A DNA stretch of 64,000 bases from Pseudogymnoascus verrucosus (lineage: Eukaryota): NCBI GenBank assembly GCA_001662655.1, contig KV460206.1, one strand, 5' to 3'. The notes below the pieces were generated by a model, which saw only the letters and a program-made list of their open reading frames with translations, was not told where the DNA came from and did not search any database. Below, piece by piece: positions 36,103-48,133 of this stretch (positions are counted from its first letter, which is position 1; every line of letters starts with the position of its first letter). The position numbers and the translations under genes are program-made.

Positions 36103-37293
36103 ATGAAGTTTCAAGCATCGACACTCGCGGCCTTCGTTGCCATTCCCGCCGTATCCGCAACACTTGGGTGGCCGTGGATATCCCCCCCGAATGGAATTGG
36201 ACATGGCGGCAAGAACAGTGACAACGATCTGCTTCATACTCTAGCCGTGAAGGCAGGGAAGAAGTATTTCGGCACTGCGACCGACAACGGCGAGTTGAAC
36301 AACAAGGACTACACCAAGATCCTGAACAACAAGAAGCAGTTCGGACAGCTTACTCCTTCCAATGGACAAAAGGTAAGGCCCCCAAGCCAAATCCATATGC
36401 CAATTGGCCGACCAAATGTGCCCGAGCTGACATGATATCAGTGGATGTACATTGAGCCAGAGCAAAACGTCTTCAACTTCACCAACGGAGAAGTTGTAGG
36501 CAACCTGGCCAAGAAGAACCACCAGATTCTCCGCTGCCACACCCTAGTCTGGCACAGCCAGCTTCCCGAATGGGTTGAGTTCGGCAACTGGACCAAGGAG
36601 ACTCTCTCCGCCGTGGTGGTCAACCACATTACCAAGGTCCTCACCCAGTGGAAGGGCAAGTGCTACGCCTGGGATGTCATAAACGAGGCCTTCAACGACG
36701 ACGGTACCTTCCGCGAGACCGTCTTCTACAACGTCATCGGCGAGGACTACTTCGCGCTCGCCTTCAAGACTGCCGCCAAGATTGACCCGTCGACGAAGCT
36801 TTACATCAACGACTACAACCTCGAGGCTCGCAGCGACAAGACCAGAGCCGTCCAGAAACTCGTCCGCAGCCTCAAGAAGCAGAAGGTCAAGATTGATGGT
36901 GTCGGCGCGCAGGCCCATTTGATCGTCGGCTCCACCCCCTCGCGCGAGGCGCAAATCCAGAACCTCCAGGACTTCGTGGCTACCGGCGTCGAGGTTGCGC
37001 AGACCGAGCTTGATATCCGCCTTGCGCTCCCCGCCAACGCCACCAACCTGGCACAGCAGAGCATTGACTACGAGAACACCGTCGCTGCCTGCGTCGCCGT
37101 GAAGGGATGCGTCGGAACCACCATTTGGGATTTCTACGACCCATACAGTTGGGTTCCAAGTGTGTTTGCGGGCGAGGGAGCGGCGACGCTGTACTTTGAG
37201 GACTTCACCAAGCACCCGGCTTACTGGGGTGTTGTTAAGGCGCTGGCAAGTGGAGGAAAGCACCCCCACTGGCCTTGGCCATTCAACAACTAA
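36103..37293 (+). CDS. Secreted GH10 endo-1,4-beta-xylanase; exons 36103-36372, 36442-37293
   Basis: Signal peptide, RCHTLVWHSQLP, WDVINE (acid/base), LYINDYN and TELD (nucleophile). No CBM1. Confidence 0.96.
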
Positions 37294-37665
37294 AGGGGAG
37301 GAAAGGTTAATTAGGGGGACTCTTAATATAAGAAGATAATATAACCCCAACATGGAATCTATAATCATGTACACTGCTTTGATCTGGCCGCGTGAACATA
37401 ACATGTGGTATAAATACTTACGCTATATAGTATATGACACAATGGTTTATATATATACAGATACAAGGCATACAATGAAACCTCAATATAAGGATACTTC
37501 TGGCGCAGGATATGGATTTTCATATCCAAAACTCCTTGTGTAAAGTTTCCGTAACCATTAATCCACATCGCCGGATATCCTGATCTACAGGACCTCGTCT
37601 CGAGATCTTACTGTATTTGCTACCCTCGAGCCATCATCTCCAAGCTGGAAGTCCAAAGACCCCAC

Positions 37666-38573
37666 TTACATCTTACTCGGCATCCTCATACCTCCATCAA
37701 GTCTCAACACCGTGCCGTTCAGCATGACGTTCTCAACAGCATGCTTAACCAGCGCCGAAAACTCCTCTGGCTGACCCTCCCTCTTCGGGAACTCCATAAC
37801 CCTCTCCAAGCTCCCCCTGACCTTATCACTCATCACAGCCGTCATGTTTGACCTGAACAAGCTGGGCGCAATAGTCACAGCACGCACTCCGTAACGGGCG
37901 AGGTCGCGGGTAAGCGGCAGTGTCAGGGAAGCAATGGCACCCTTGGAGGCAGCGTAGGCGACCTGGCCGGGCTGGCCTTCAAAGGCCGCGGACGAGGCGA
38001 CCATGATCAGGACGCCGCGCTCGCCCTCAGGGCCAACGGGGGGGACGGTGGTGAGATGTGGGAGGGTTTGGCGGATCAGGTCGATCGTGCCGCGGACGTT
38101 GACGTTCATGACGAAGTCGAAGTCGTCGAGAGAGAAGGGGTTGCCGTTCCTGTCGATGATCTGGGGGGATGACAGTTAGTGGCTGCCTCGTGCGGGTGAG
38201 GGATTGTGGGAATGGTTACCTTCGCGGGAGAAGAGACACCAGCAGCGGCAACAACGCCTCCGAGCTCATAGCCGGTCTCCTTGATCCATGCCAGCGAGCC
38301 CTTGACGGCTGCGGCAATGGACTCAGTCTCAAGGACGTTGGCGTGGAAGAACTTTGTGGATTTGGGGTATTCGGCAATGAGGGTAGCCGCGAGCTCCTCG
38401 TTCATGTCGAGGACAGCGACATTGCCGCCGGCCTTGACAAGGTCGACGACGCAGGAGCGGCCAAGACCTGATGCGCTGTGGAGTGTTAGACAAGGCTGAC
38501 GTTTCTCATGAGAGAGGTGCGCGTGATAGACTTACCCGCCGCTAATGAGGAATGTTCTGCCTTGGATCTTCAT
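37666..38573 (-). CDS. Short-chain dehydrogenase, 3-hydroxyacyl-CoA dehydrogenase type-2 (HSD17B10-like); exons 38573-38536, 38475-38220, 38160-37666
   Basis: Spliced SGGASGLG NAD motif, GERGVLIMVASSAAFEGQPGQVAYAASK and MLNGTVLRLDGGMRMP. Confidence 0.92.
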
Positions 38574-38893
38574 ATTTGCAATCTTGAAAAATGTATATTC
38601 AAGAAACTAAAAGGAAGATGAGAACTTCCATTGGAAAAAGTCTCATATACCCCCCCAAACTCCCCCAGAAGTCGATGGGCGGGAACTGCCTCGGTCCCCA
38701 TTTCCACAATCACTAATCCCCATTAAGCCTAGCCCGCCCGTGACAGCCTTCTATCAACGCCAACCACCAGGCGATAAGGTATCTCGGAGAAGGACATCGC
38801 GGCTCTCACCACCGTCACCACAACGCACACAGTACCGATTTAACATCCGTACGCCATCCCTCTCGTGCAGCGAAGCTCACGATCCATCCCACG

Positions 38894-39957
38894 ATGGTGC
38901 GCCAACGCCGTTCCTCCGCCGCGAGCGAGGACTCCGGCCACACGGCAAGGGACCAGGTGCGTGCTCTCCCTTCCTACCCCCTGGCAACCCACTTACAGAC
39001 CCCGCAGGAGCTCGGAAGCATGTACGATTACCTTGCGAAGATTGTTCTGCTCGGCCCCAGCGGCAGTGGGAAGTGCGTTTACTCCTCTCCCCCCTTATCG
39101 CACGACTTGATCGCTAACCCACCACCAGATCATGCCTCCTCCACCGCTTCATCAAAAACGAATGGCGCTCCCTCTCCTCCCAAACCATCGGCGTCGAGTT
39201 CGCCAGCAAAATAATTCGTATCGGCACCGGCTCGAGGATGAAGCGTATAAAGCTGCAACTCTGGGATACCGCTGGCACAGAACGCTTCCGCTCCGTCTCG
39301 CGTTCGTACTACCGCGGTGCCGCGGGCGCGATCCTAGTGTACGACATCACGTCTGCGGCAACATTTGCGGCACTTCCGCCATTCCTGGCTGATGCAAGGG
39401 CACTGGCGTCGCCACGGCTGACAACGCTGTTGGTGGGGAATAAAGAGGATTTGGCGGGTGGGGGAGGTGGAGAGTCGTTATTGGATTCGGCGGTTCCTGT
39501 GGCGCCCAGCTCGGCGAGTGCGAGGAGCGAGAGGAGTGGGTGGAGTGAGAGGAGTGATGGGCTTCCGGGGGGTAGCGTGAGGGGGCTTGGGGCGAGGTTA
39601 CAGGCTTCTGAGGCGCCGGAGGGGAGGGAGGTTGGGGGGGAGGAGGCGAGTCGGTGGGCGAGCAAATCGGAAATACCAGTGGCGGTCGAGGTGAGCGCGT
39701 TGAGTGGGGAGGGGGTGGATGAAGTGTTCCATCGGCTGGCGAGGATGATTTTGACGAAAATCGAGTTGGGGGAGATTGACCCGGATGATCCGCTCAGTGG
39801 GATACAGTATGGTGATATGGGAGGCGGAGGCGGATGGGAGGACGGGGCGAGTATCAAGAGTGGTGCTGGCGGTGAGAGGAGAAGAGGGGGCCTGAGGGAA
39901 TGGGAGGATGTGTTTACATTGAGTGGACGGGCGAGGCGGAGGGGGAGATGTTGTTGA
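38894..39957 (+). CDS. RAB4: Rab4-like small GTPase; exons 38894-38956, 39008-39072, 39129-39957
   Basis: YDYLAKIVLLGPSGSGKS, TIGVEF, KLQLWDTAGTERFRSVSRSYYRGA, VGNKED, EVSAL and a C-terminal CC prenylation signal. Confidence 0.88.
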
Positions 39958-40242
39958 TAAGGTGGGCTGCACATATTGCTTGGGGTGCGGGCACATACAG
40001 AAAGAGGCAAAGAGAGGGTTATGGCGCTGAGCGCCGGGTGTTCGTTTCAGCGGGCGCTGACGTTACATTGGCTAGAATACGTAATGCATAATGGGGAGTG
40101 GGCGCGTGGCGCCGTGGAGGAAGGGTAAACAGTCGGATCAATTCACATATCGATAGGAAGGTAGCCCACAGCGCAGTTTGCAATGATTGCAACTCTTCGT
40201 TTGTCTGCTACATATGATGACTTCGACCGTGAGAAGGAAGTT

Positions 40243-40921
40243 TTAATTAACTTGCCCCGTCTTTGCATCTGGATGTTGCAGCATATGCCTTCGATAATTA
40301 TCGGGTCTTGAAAAGCCCTGCTTTATTCCACCCAAGGAGAATTTGCAGGAAGGGTACGGACAGTAGAACCGATGAGCGTCTGGCACAGAATCTTGATGCC
40401 TTTCTTTGATATGTCGCTCAAGGTCCTTCTTGTACCGGAAGCCCTTGTTGTCACACTGTGGTGCGGTGCATTTAAACGGCAGAGTATGAGATTTCTGGTG
40501 GGTGCTAGATTAAGGTGCCTCGTTAGTAGATATAAACAGAAGAATTACAACTGAGAATATTTACTTTAACTTGTGAAGCTTATCAAAACTATTGCGGCAG
40601 GAATTGCATGTATATGGTGGGGTAGGTGGCCCTTGTGATGCTTGAAGGCTCCCAAGGGGCTGCTGCACAATTGCCCTTGGGGCGGAATCACCCGATGACG
40701 ACGATGTGAATCCCTCTTGTAAAGAGTTAGGCTCTGCGGCGTCATTTTGAATTGAAGGTGTAGAGGTGTGATTGTTAAAGGTTTGTGTTTCTTGCGCAAA
40801 CACGGGACTTTCAGGCGGAACGTGGAATCTTTTATCCAACCGGCGTGGGTCAATAGTACGATGTAGATGTTGTTCTTCGACGTTTGCTGGACTAGAACTG
40901 TAGACTGAGTTTTGTATCTGC
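40243..40921 (-). CDS. Three-finger C2H2 zinc-finger protein, 5' end unresolved; exons ~40921-40565, 40504-40243
   Basis: Spliced YTCNSCRNSFDKLHKLNTHQKSH-TLPFKCTAPQCDNKGFRYKKDLERHIKERH...FYCPYPSCKFS...GFSRPDNYRRHMLQH. Intron GTAAAT...CTAAC...TAG. No in-frame ATG before the upstream stop near 41026. Confidence 0.75.
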
Positions 40922-41154
40922 CTAAAAGAGCTGGGTCTCCTCTGTAATGTGCAGAGGAAACCCTGCGAGAAAAATAAATAGATGGCCCAAAGCCTAAAGA
41001 ATAAATGAGTGACTGCGGTAAGTTTTCAAAAGAGTGATGACTAGCACACCCGCTTTGATGTGCAGTGAAGAAGAAAGAGAATATTTTTGAGGTTCGGGGA
41101 TTTCACTTATATATGGTGTATCAGTGGTGTCCCCTCATGTTGATTGGTTCTTAC

Positions 41155-41375
41155 CGTTGGTAGGCCTCAAATTTAGCTTGTTATACCTTGCACCGTCATA
41201 TGTTACTATTGGGTGGTTGGAAATGGTAGGCCTCAAACTTAGTTTTTGTAGAGTGGCATATTGCTATACTGCTCGTATTGCTTGGCTAAAGGATAGTAGG
41301 CCTCAATTCTAGTTTGTTGTAGAGTGCCATACTACGGCTCGGGTTACTTGTCTGAGATAGTAGGCCTCAAAAATG
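41155..41375. repeat. Four degenerate tandem units of 64-70 bp, core GTAGGCCTCAA
   Basis: TAGGCCTCAA at 41161, 41227, 41297 and 41361. Confidence 0.85.
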
Positions 41376-41660
41376 CATCATTCCCTTCCTGTTACTGGTT
41401 TTACTCATGCACATATTCATAATGTGACTGACGCGACTCAAGATCTGCTATGCAACAGACTGTTTGATTCAATATTTGCCATATGATCCTCGATCCAACT
41501 AGTTGCGGGATTCTAATTAGATGTCGCCTTTCTCAGCATCAGAATATCTATATATCCTCGACCTGTCCTCCTTTCCCATTGTGATACTTTCTAAAAGTCC
41601 GAAATACAGCCCACTTCTTCGTTATCTTCCCAGCCTTGCCGTGGCCCATCACAGTACATT

Positions 41661-42160
41661 ATGACGGCAGTATTTTGCTGTCCTTCGGGCCCTAAGCCTT
41701 ACCGTCCACAGATCCTCAGTCACGAACCAAAATTCGAGGCATTTCTTCGCTGGATGCCGGCAGCTCAAGAGGCATCCACAGATGGGACCACTGAGGGCAA
41801 AAGAATCCTATCCGATGACAGCTCCACATATGCCATCCAAGTGGTTCGGCAAGTCAACTATGGCCCACTTGAGTCCAAGCGATACTTCGTTTCTGGAGAT
41901 GGCGGAAGAGGAACAAATTTCTGCGAAATCACAGAGGGAGATTTGATTGAGGCTAATTTCGAGAAGCTGAATGCGTGAGTGTCTGTGGTTCCTGTCGTCG
42001 CCCAGCTTACTAACTGACGGCTGTGATAACTAGATATAAGAATTTCAAATGCGACAGCCACAATAAATTCTTCGAATTCAACATCTACCAGAAGAATCCA
42101 GTGAACAAACACCATTGGCGTGCCAACATCGCCCGCCCAGCAGGAGATATTGACATCTAG
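41661..42160 (+). CDS. Hypothetical protein, 146 aa; exons 41661-41974, 42034-42160
   Basis: QVVRQVNYGPLESKRYF...LIEANFEKLNAYKNFKCDSHNKFFEFNIYQKNPVNKHHWRANIARP. Canonical GTGAGT...CTAAC...TAG intron. Confidence 0.8.
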
Positions 42161-42512
42161 TCCCGCTAGGTTTGGGTCCTGCGGTTGAAGTTACATTTCG
42201 TTATGCGGGGCTGAATACTACATGGGCTGTCCTTAGTAGTGTAGTTATCTTTCTTCTATAAGAAAGCTTGGGAAAACTTCTCTCTTGCCGATAGGTGAGA
42301 TTGGGCTATAAGAGGAAAGGGCTTCGTTGAAAATAATCAGTCATTACATTTTAAGAAAATCACATTTATTTCCTCTCCAACAAATATTTTTCAAGACGCT
42401 CAATTTTATCATTTCACACTCCATACATTATCCCAAACATAAAAAAACACCTCCTACGCCAAACACACAGACCACCACACTACACTACACCCCGCCAGTA
42501 ACCCATTTGAAC

Positions 42513-44201
42513 TTAACCAAGCGTATCCGTCTTCTTCGCCGTCTCCTCAATCTTACGAATAGTATCCAGCACCGAAACGTGCTCCGGGATCTCCACTGGT
42601 GCCGCTGGTTCGGCAGTCTCCTCTGGCTTCGCAGCCTCAGCATCCGCAGGTGCCTCAGTGGAGACAGGAGCGGACTCCTCAGCCACTGGTGCGGACTCAG
42701 CCACTTCTGGTACTGCCTCAGCCTTCTCCTCGACGACAGCTGGTGCGGACCCCTCAGCTGCAGGTGCTGCAGCTGCCTCAGTGGTCGCACCAGCCCTTGC
42801 GACATCGACGACTGGCTCGGAGGTCTCGGTGGCCTCATCAACCTTTGCGGCTTCGACGACTGGCTCAGTCTCAGTGGCGACGGATTTGGTGGTCTCCTCA
42901 GCTGGTGCAGCAGCCTCGACTGGTGCGGCGGACTCGGCCTTCTCGGCCTCAGGTGCAGCAGCAGCCTCCTCTGACTTCTCAGCCACGGCTTCTTCGGCAA
43001 CAGCAGCGGCGGCAGGAGCCTCAACCTCCTCCTTCTTCTCCTCTCCCTTCGCCAAAGCCTTCTCATCTCCCTCGTGATTTGGGCCCCTAATCAACACCTT
43101 AATTCCCCTCCCCTTGAGCACATCCTCGAATGCCTGCTCAGCATCCTTGAATGGCACTTCCCTGCTCACCAAGCTCTTAACATCCAGCGATCCACTCGCC
43201 ACCAACTGCACGGCCAGCTTGTAGTCCCCGCTGCCGTAACGGAAGCTTCCCCTCATCGTAATCTCCTTGGTGCACAACGCCATGATAGGGAAGGTGATAT
43301 CCGGCTTCCCCATTCCTCCCTGGACGTACACACCCCCACGGCGCACGACGTGGATGCTAGACTGGATACTCGGCTCAGCGCCACTGGCATCGATGACACA
43401 ATCAGCGCCCTCACCGAGGTCAGCAGCCTTAATGAGGTTATCGGCGTTCACCTCAGCAGCAACGCGCTGCGGCATGAACGTGTGCGTAGCCGCGTAGCCC
43501 TTTGCGAAATCGAGACGATCCTGCTGGATATCCACGCTGACGACTTTGGTGGCGCCGAAGGCCTTCGCGACGGCGCAGCAGAGGAGACCGACTGGGCCAG
43601 CGCCCATGACGACGACGGAGGCGCCGGGGGAGATCTGGGCTTGCTTTGTGATGTGGACTGCGACTGCGAGAGGCTCAATCAGGGCGCCCTCCTGGAGGGA
43701 GACCTGGTCGGGGAGCTTGTAGCAGAAGTCCTCGGGAGCGGCGTAGAAGCCAGTGAGGGTTCCGTCGTACGGCGGGGTAGCGGCAAAGCGCATATCGGGG
43801 CAGAGGTTGTAGTGGCCGCTCAGGCAGGGCTCGCAGTGGCGGCAAGGGGTTCCGGGCTCAATGGCAACGCGGTCGCCGAGTTTGAGGGTGGTGACGCCGG
43901 ATCCGATGGCGGCGACTGTCCCTGAGGATTCGTGGCCGAGGCACATGGGGGATTTGAGGACGAACGGGCCGATGGAGCCATGTTGCCAGTAGTGCACGTC
44001 GGAGCCGCAGATGCCAGTGAAGGCGATGGCGACGAGGACGGAGCGGGGGTCGGTGAGGGTGGGGATTGGGCGCTCTTCATAGGAGACATTGAGGGTAGAG
44101 TTTAGGATGAAGGAGAGGTTCTGGGGGGGTGTTAGAAGGGGCGTTGGAGCGGGGGATGGGGAATTGGGGCGTACGCTTTTTCCTTCGGTGAGAGAAGTCA
44201 T
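42513..44201 (-). CDS. xdhA: Xylitol dehydrogenase / D-xylulose reductase (MDR family) with about 187-aa Glu/Ala/Pro-rich C-terminal extension; probable intron 44174-44121
   Basis: NLSFIL, TGICGSDVHYW, GHESSG, structural Zn C..C..C...C, FAATPPYDGTL, GAGPVG and GSFRYGSGDY. Confidence 0.9.
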   Translation of the reverse strand: MTSLTEGKSVRPNSPSPAPTPLLTPPQNLSFILNSTLNVSYEERPIPTLTDPRSVLVAIAFTGICGSDVHYWQHGSIGPFVLKSPMCLGHESSGTVAAIGSGVTTLKLGDRVAIEPGTPCRHCEPCLSGHYNLCPDMRFAATPPYDGTLTGFYAAPEDFCYKLPDQVSLQEGALIEPLAVAVHITKQAQISPGASVVVMGAGPVGLLCCAVAKAFGATKVVSVDIQQDRLDFAKGYAATHTFMPQRVAAEVNADNLIKAADLGEGADCVIDASGAEPSIQSSIHVVRRGGVYVQGGMGKPDITFPIMALCTKEITMRGSFRYGSGDYKLAVQLVASGSLDVKSLVSREVPFKDAEQAFEDVLKGRGIKVLIRGPNHEGDEKALAKGEEKKEEVEAPAAAAVAEEAVAEKSEEAAAAPEAEKAESAAPVEAAAPAEETTKSVATETEPVVEAAKVDEATETSEPVVDVARAGATTEAAAAPAAEGSAPAVVEEKAEAVPEVAESAPVAEESAPVSTEAPADAEAAKPEETAEPAAPVEIPEHVSVLDTIRKIEETAKKTDTLG

Positions 44202-45490
44202 TTTGACGGTTCTTGTCGTTTTTTCTGGCGTGTGCTTCGTGGTGGTCGTCGCGATTGAGTTGTGAGAAATTCAATGCAGTGCTATGCTATCACAATGGCA
44301 GTCGCGTCGTACCTTTCAAATGTCGTAGTCGTACCTTGCCAATGACGCAGTAGAGAACAAGCGCGCACCAAACTTGCAATTGAAAGATGATCGATGATCT
44401 CAGCACGCCCAACGCTCTTATATACGCAAGAAGCTATAGAATACAAGCGGCAGCAACAGGAAACGGTGAATGAAGAAAAGGAAGGAGGAGGAGGAGGAGG
44501 TAGTAGAAGAAGCAATAACTCCCCTCCCCCCCCTCATCCCCGATATTCCCCCGCCGTCCCCAACAAAACCAGGACCCCTAAGTCGATGAGACAGCATGAA
44601 AAAGTTGCTCACATCAGCTGCCCCTCCTCCTCCGTCGTTAGTTGTATTGTACCCATCCATCCATCCATCCCATCACCCCCCACCGCCATTCGCACGCGCC
44701 TCTCGAGCTTTCCAAGGTGCTGTACACTTCTCCATGTAGTAAAGAAGCTATGACATCCCACAATAGCAGCACCATCACTCACCCCCCACCAACGTACCCA
44801 CCTCTAATGCGACGCTACCTCGCACCCTCCGCCGATCTAGCGCCATTGGAAGAATTACCCTTCCACTAATTCGACTTTAACCGGCCGCCCTAGGTGATAC
44901 GACATGGAATTGTGTTTTGGCTTTTATCAGGGCTGCCGTTCCAACGACCAACCAACCCACCTCTTCCAAGAGGCTGTATATGTACCCCACTGGAGGCTGC
45001 AGAAAAACTGACAGTGCCCCACGGGAGTTGGAGAAAGATGCGGGTCTGATCAGCTCTCTTTCACTTTAGCCGGCGAGGCGAGCTGCATGTTGCGGTCTAG
45101 CCTCCGCTACGGAGATAATGCCACCGGGTCAATTGATCGCGACGAGTAAGGGTATCACGTGTGTGTGAATCGACAAGCTCTAGAACGGAAGGAGCAAATG
45201 ACGGGAGATCAGAGGAAAGGTGGGTGGGATACAGAGCGGTGAGTGAGAAGAAGAAAATGAGATCCCGTGATGGTGGCCATGACAGTGCAGTTGCAGCGCA
45301 GTTGCAGCAGTTGTAGTGGCAATGTCAAATGTCATTTGATAATTCAATGTATGTGCGAAACGCCCGCATTCTATCCTTCCCGTTCCTTTCATTCTCACCC
45401 CCCCGGAGTGATTCTTCCCAAAGCATACAATGATTTTACTTGTACGACCCCCATCCTCTCGATATCCACCATCTCCACAGTAAGAGCCGC

Positions 45491-48133
45491 TCAAATCATC
45501 CCCAAATACCTCGTCCCAATAACCGTATTCTTCCTGGCCCCCACCACCCCAATCCTCACCACCTCACCCGGCACAATATCCACCAAATTATCCGCAAACT
45601 TCACCTCATCATCCTCACACTCCAGCGCGAGCCCCTTAATCGGCACCTCGGCGCTAATCTCCACCGTGCGCGCGTCCGCCGTCAGCGTCGCCGTGAGACA
45701 CTGCGGCTTCGTAAAGTGCGCGTACTTGAGCGGCTCAGGCCAGTTCACGTAGCGCGCGACCTGCACGCCGTCCTCAATCAGGTATGCGGCGACGACGATG
45801 CGGGACTCCTCGCCGGCATCGCGCTTCTTGACCGGCACATCGAGGGCGATGATCTCGGTGCTCTGGTTCTGCGGCAGGGAGAACGCCGTTTTGACCGTCT
45901 TGTGGTAGGTTTCCTTGCCAGTCTCCACGTCGAAGGCGCAAACAACGACATCAACCACCATGTCGCGAAGCGTCAAGTTGGAGCCCCAGATCTCAATGGT
46001 GTGCTTGGTATCGATGTAGACGCGCGTGTGCTTGTCTCGCGGCGTCGTCGTCAGCGTGCGCGTGATTCCGCACGACAGCGGCGCCATCTCGCGCTTGACA
46101 GTGTAGTAGGCGTGCTTGGGGCGGAGGTAGTAGTCGACGATGGCCCACGAGGTGACGGGCCAGCAGTCGTTGATCTGCCATACCAGTGCGCCGGCGCAGT
46201 ACTCGCGGCCGGGACCCTTCCATTGGCGCTTCCAGAGGCGGTAGGCGCTCGCAAGGCACTCGCCCTGCATCAGCTGTGTTGAGTAGATGTATTGCTCGAT
46301 CGGGTTGGGGGAGTACTGCATGTTCTCCACGAGGTACAGCGCGATGCGGCGCTCGTGTCCGTCGGCTTTGTTGTGGAAGTCGACGGTTGAGGACTGTGGG
46401 TAGCGGTCTGGGTCGTCCTTGCCGAGTGGTAGGAAGGACTCGATGGTCTTGATATTAGGGAAGGCCTCCATTCCGAACTCGGAGACGAAGCGTCCGCCCA
46501 GCTTGTCGAAGTTTTGATACTTCTCCTGGGTGCCGTGCCACACGTTCCACTGATGGATGTCTCCAACGGTGTTATCGTGTGTGTCGCGCCCCTTACCCCA
46601 CGGGCTACCGGGGTGGTAAGGCACATCAGGGATGAGCTCCCTGCATGTGTCCGACAGGATCTTCTCGTAGATATATCTCGCCGGGAAGTCAGTTTTGAGC
46701 CAGCTCTCCTCGTCCTTGTTCTCAAAATCGTAGGTCAGGTTCTCGCTCTCCTGATACTGGTAATCCTCGTTGTTTCCGGCCCATATAACAATCGATGGGT
46801 GGTGACGCAGGATCTTCACGTTATCATCCGCCTCCCTCTTCACCAGATCCAGGAACTCGGGGAACGCGGGGTAGTTGCCGCATCCGAACAGGAAATCCTG
46901 CCACACTAGAATACCCAGCTCATCGCACGCATCGTAGAACGGCTGCTCCTCGAAGATACCGCCTCCCCACACGCGGATCATAACCTGGTTGCCATCCGCC
47001 ACCAGTTTCACCCAATCGTAGTACTTCTCAGCGCTGATGCGAGGGACAAAGTTGTCCGCTGGAATCCAATCGCTGCCACCGCAGAAGATGGGGACGTTGT
47101 TGACCTGGAAGAAGAATGACTCTCCCGGCTCGTCCTTCAGCGGCCGCTGGATGAGCTCAGCTCTCCTTAACCCGAACCTCTTGCTCTCGACGTGAATATC
47201 GTACGCCTCAGAGCGAGTGGCCACAAGCGTAGCCGTAATTGTGTATAGAGGCTGTTTGCCGTATTTGATAGGGTACCACAGCGCCGGGTCAGTGATATCG
47301 AACGTGGCCGTTGCACGCCCATCAACCACCTTTGCCTGTTCACTCGCCACAGCCTCTCCATCCAGTGTAATGTCAAACTTGACCAGCGAAGCTGAGCCCT
47401 CGACATCCGCATTTGCGATGACCTTTGCCGCCTTGAGCGACTCCTCCACATCAGTCCGGAAGTAGAGGTCCGCTATCCTCGACTCGTAGATCTCGAGGTT
47501 AATCGGGCGCCACGGTCCACAGGTCAACATAGTTGGTCCCCAATCCCATCCCTGTAATAATTAGTATTTTGCTGCATAGCCCTCGGCTTAAATATTCGGG
47601 AAGTTGCTCACATAATGATACTGCGCCTTGCGCACCGCCAGTCTCGAGACATCACCATTCCAGCACCCCCACTTGTGCTCTGGGTATTTGTCAACGATCT
47701 GCTTTCCCTTTAAGAAGGCACTGTCAAATGTGATCTCAAGCTCGTTCAGGCCGTCCTTGTTTAGGTAGGCCGTGACATCCACCCGTTCCCGGATAAACAT
47801 GCTCTCCGTCTTGAGAATCTCGGTGCCATTGAGCACCACTGTGGCGTACGTATCCAGGCCATCAAAAGCCAGCACCGCCTTGGCGGCAGAACCCTCCTCT
47901 GTGTTTATATCGGGAGTCTCAAACGTCGTCTTGTACGCCCACACTGCCTCACCGATCCATTGCACATCGAGCTCGTTCTTTCCCATGAACGGGTCCGCGA
48001 TGATGTTGTTGGCGATGAGATCAAGGTGCACATTGGTAGGGAACTGGGCGACGGGAAGCCATTTCGACTTCTTTGAGTCAACCTGCTTGAACTCCCAGTC
48101 CTCGTTGATGGGAATAGTAGTATGCGACGTCAT
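45491..48133 (-). CDS. mndB: GH2 beta-mannosidase (MndB-type, no signal peptide), about 860 aa; exons 48133-47612, 47551-45491
   Basis: RKAQYHYGWDWGP across the intron, IRVWGGG, WQDFLFGC, WAGNNE, RFVSEFG and GALVWQINDCWP. Confidence 0.93.
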
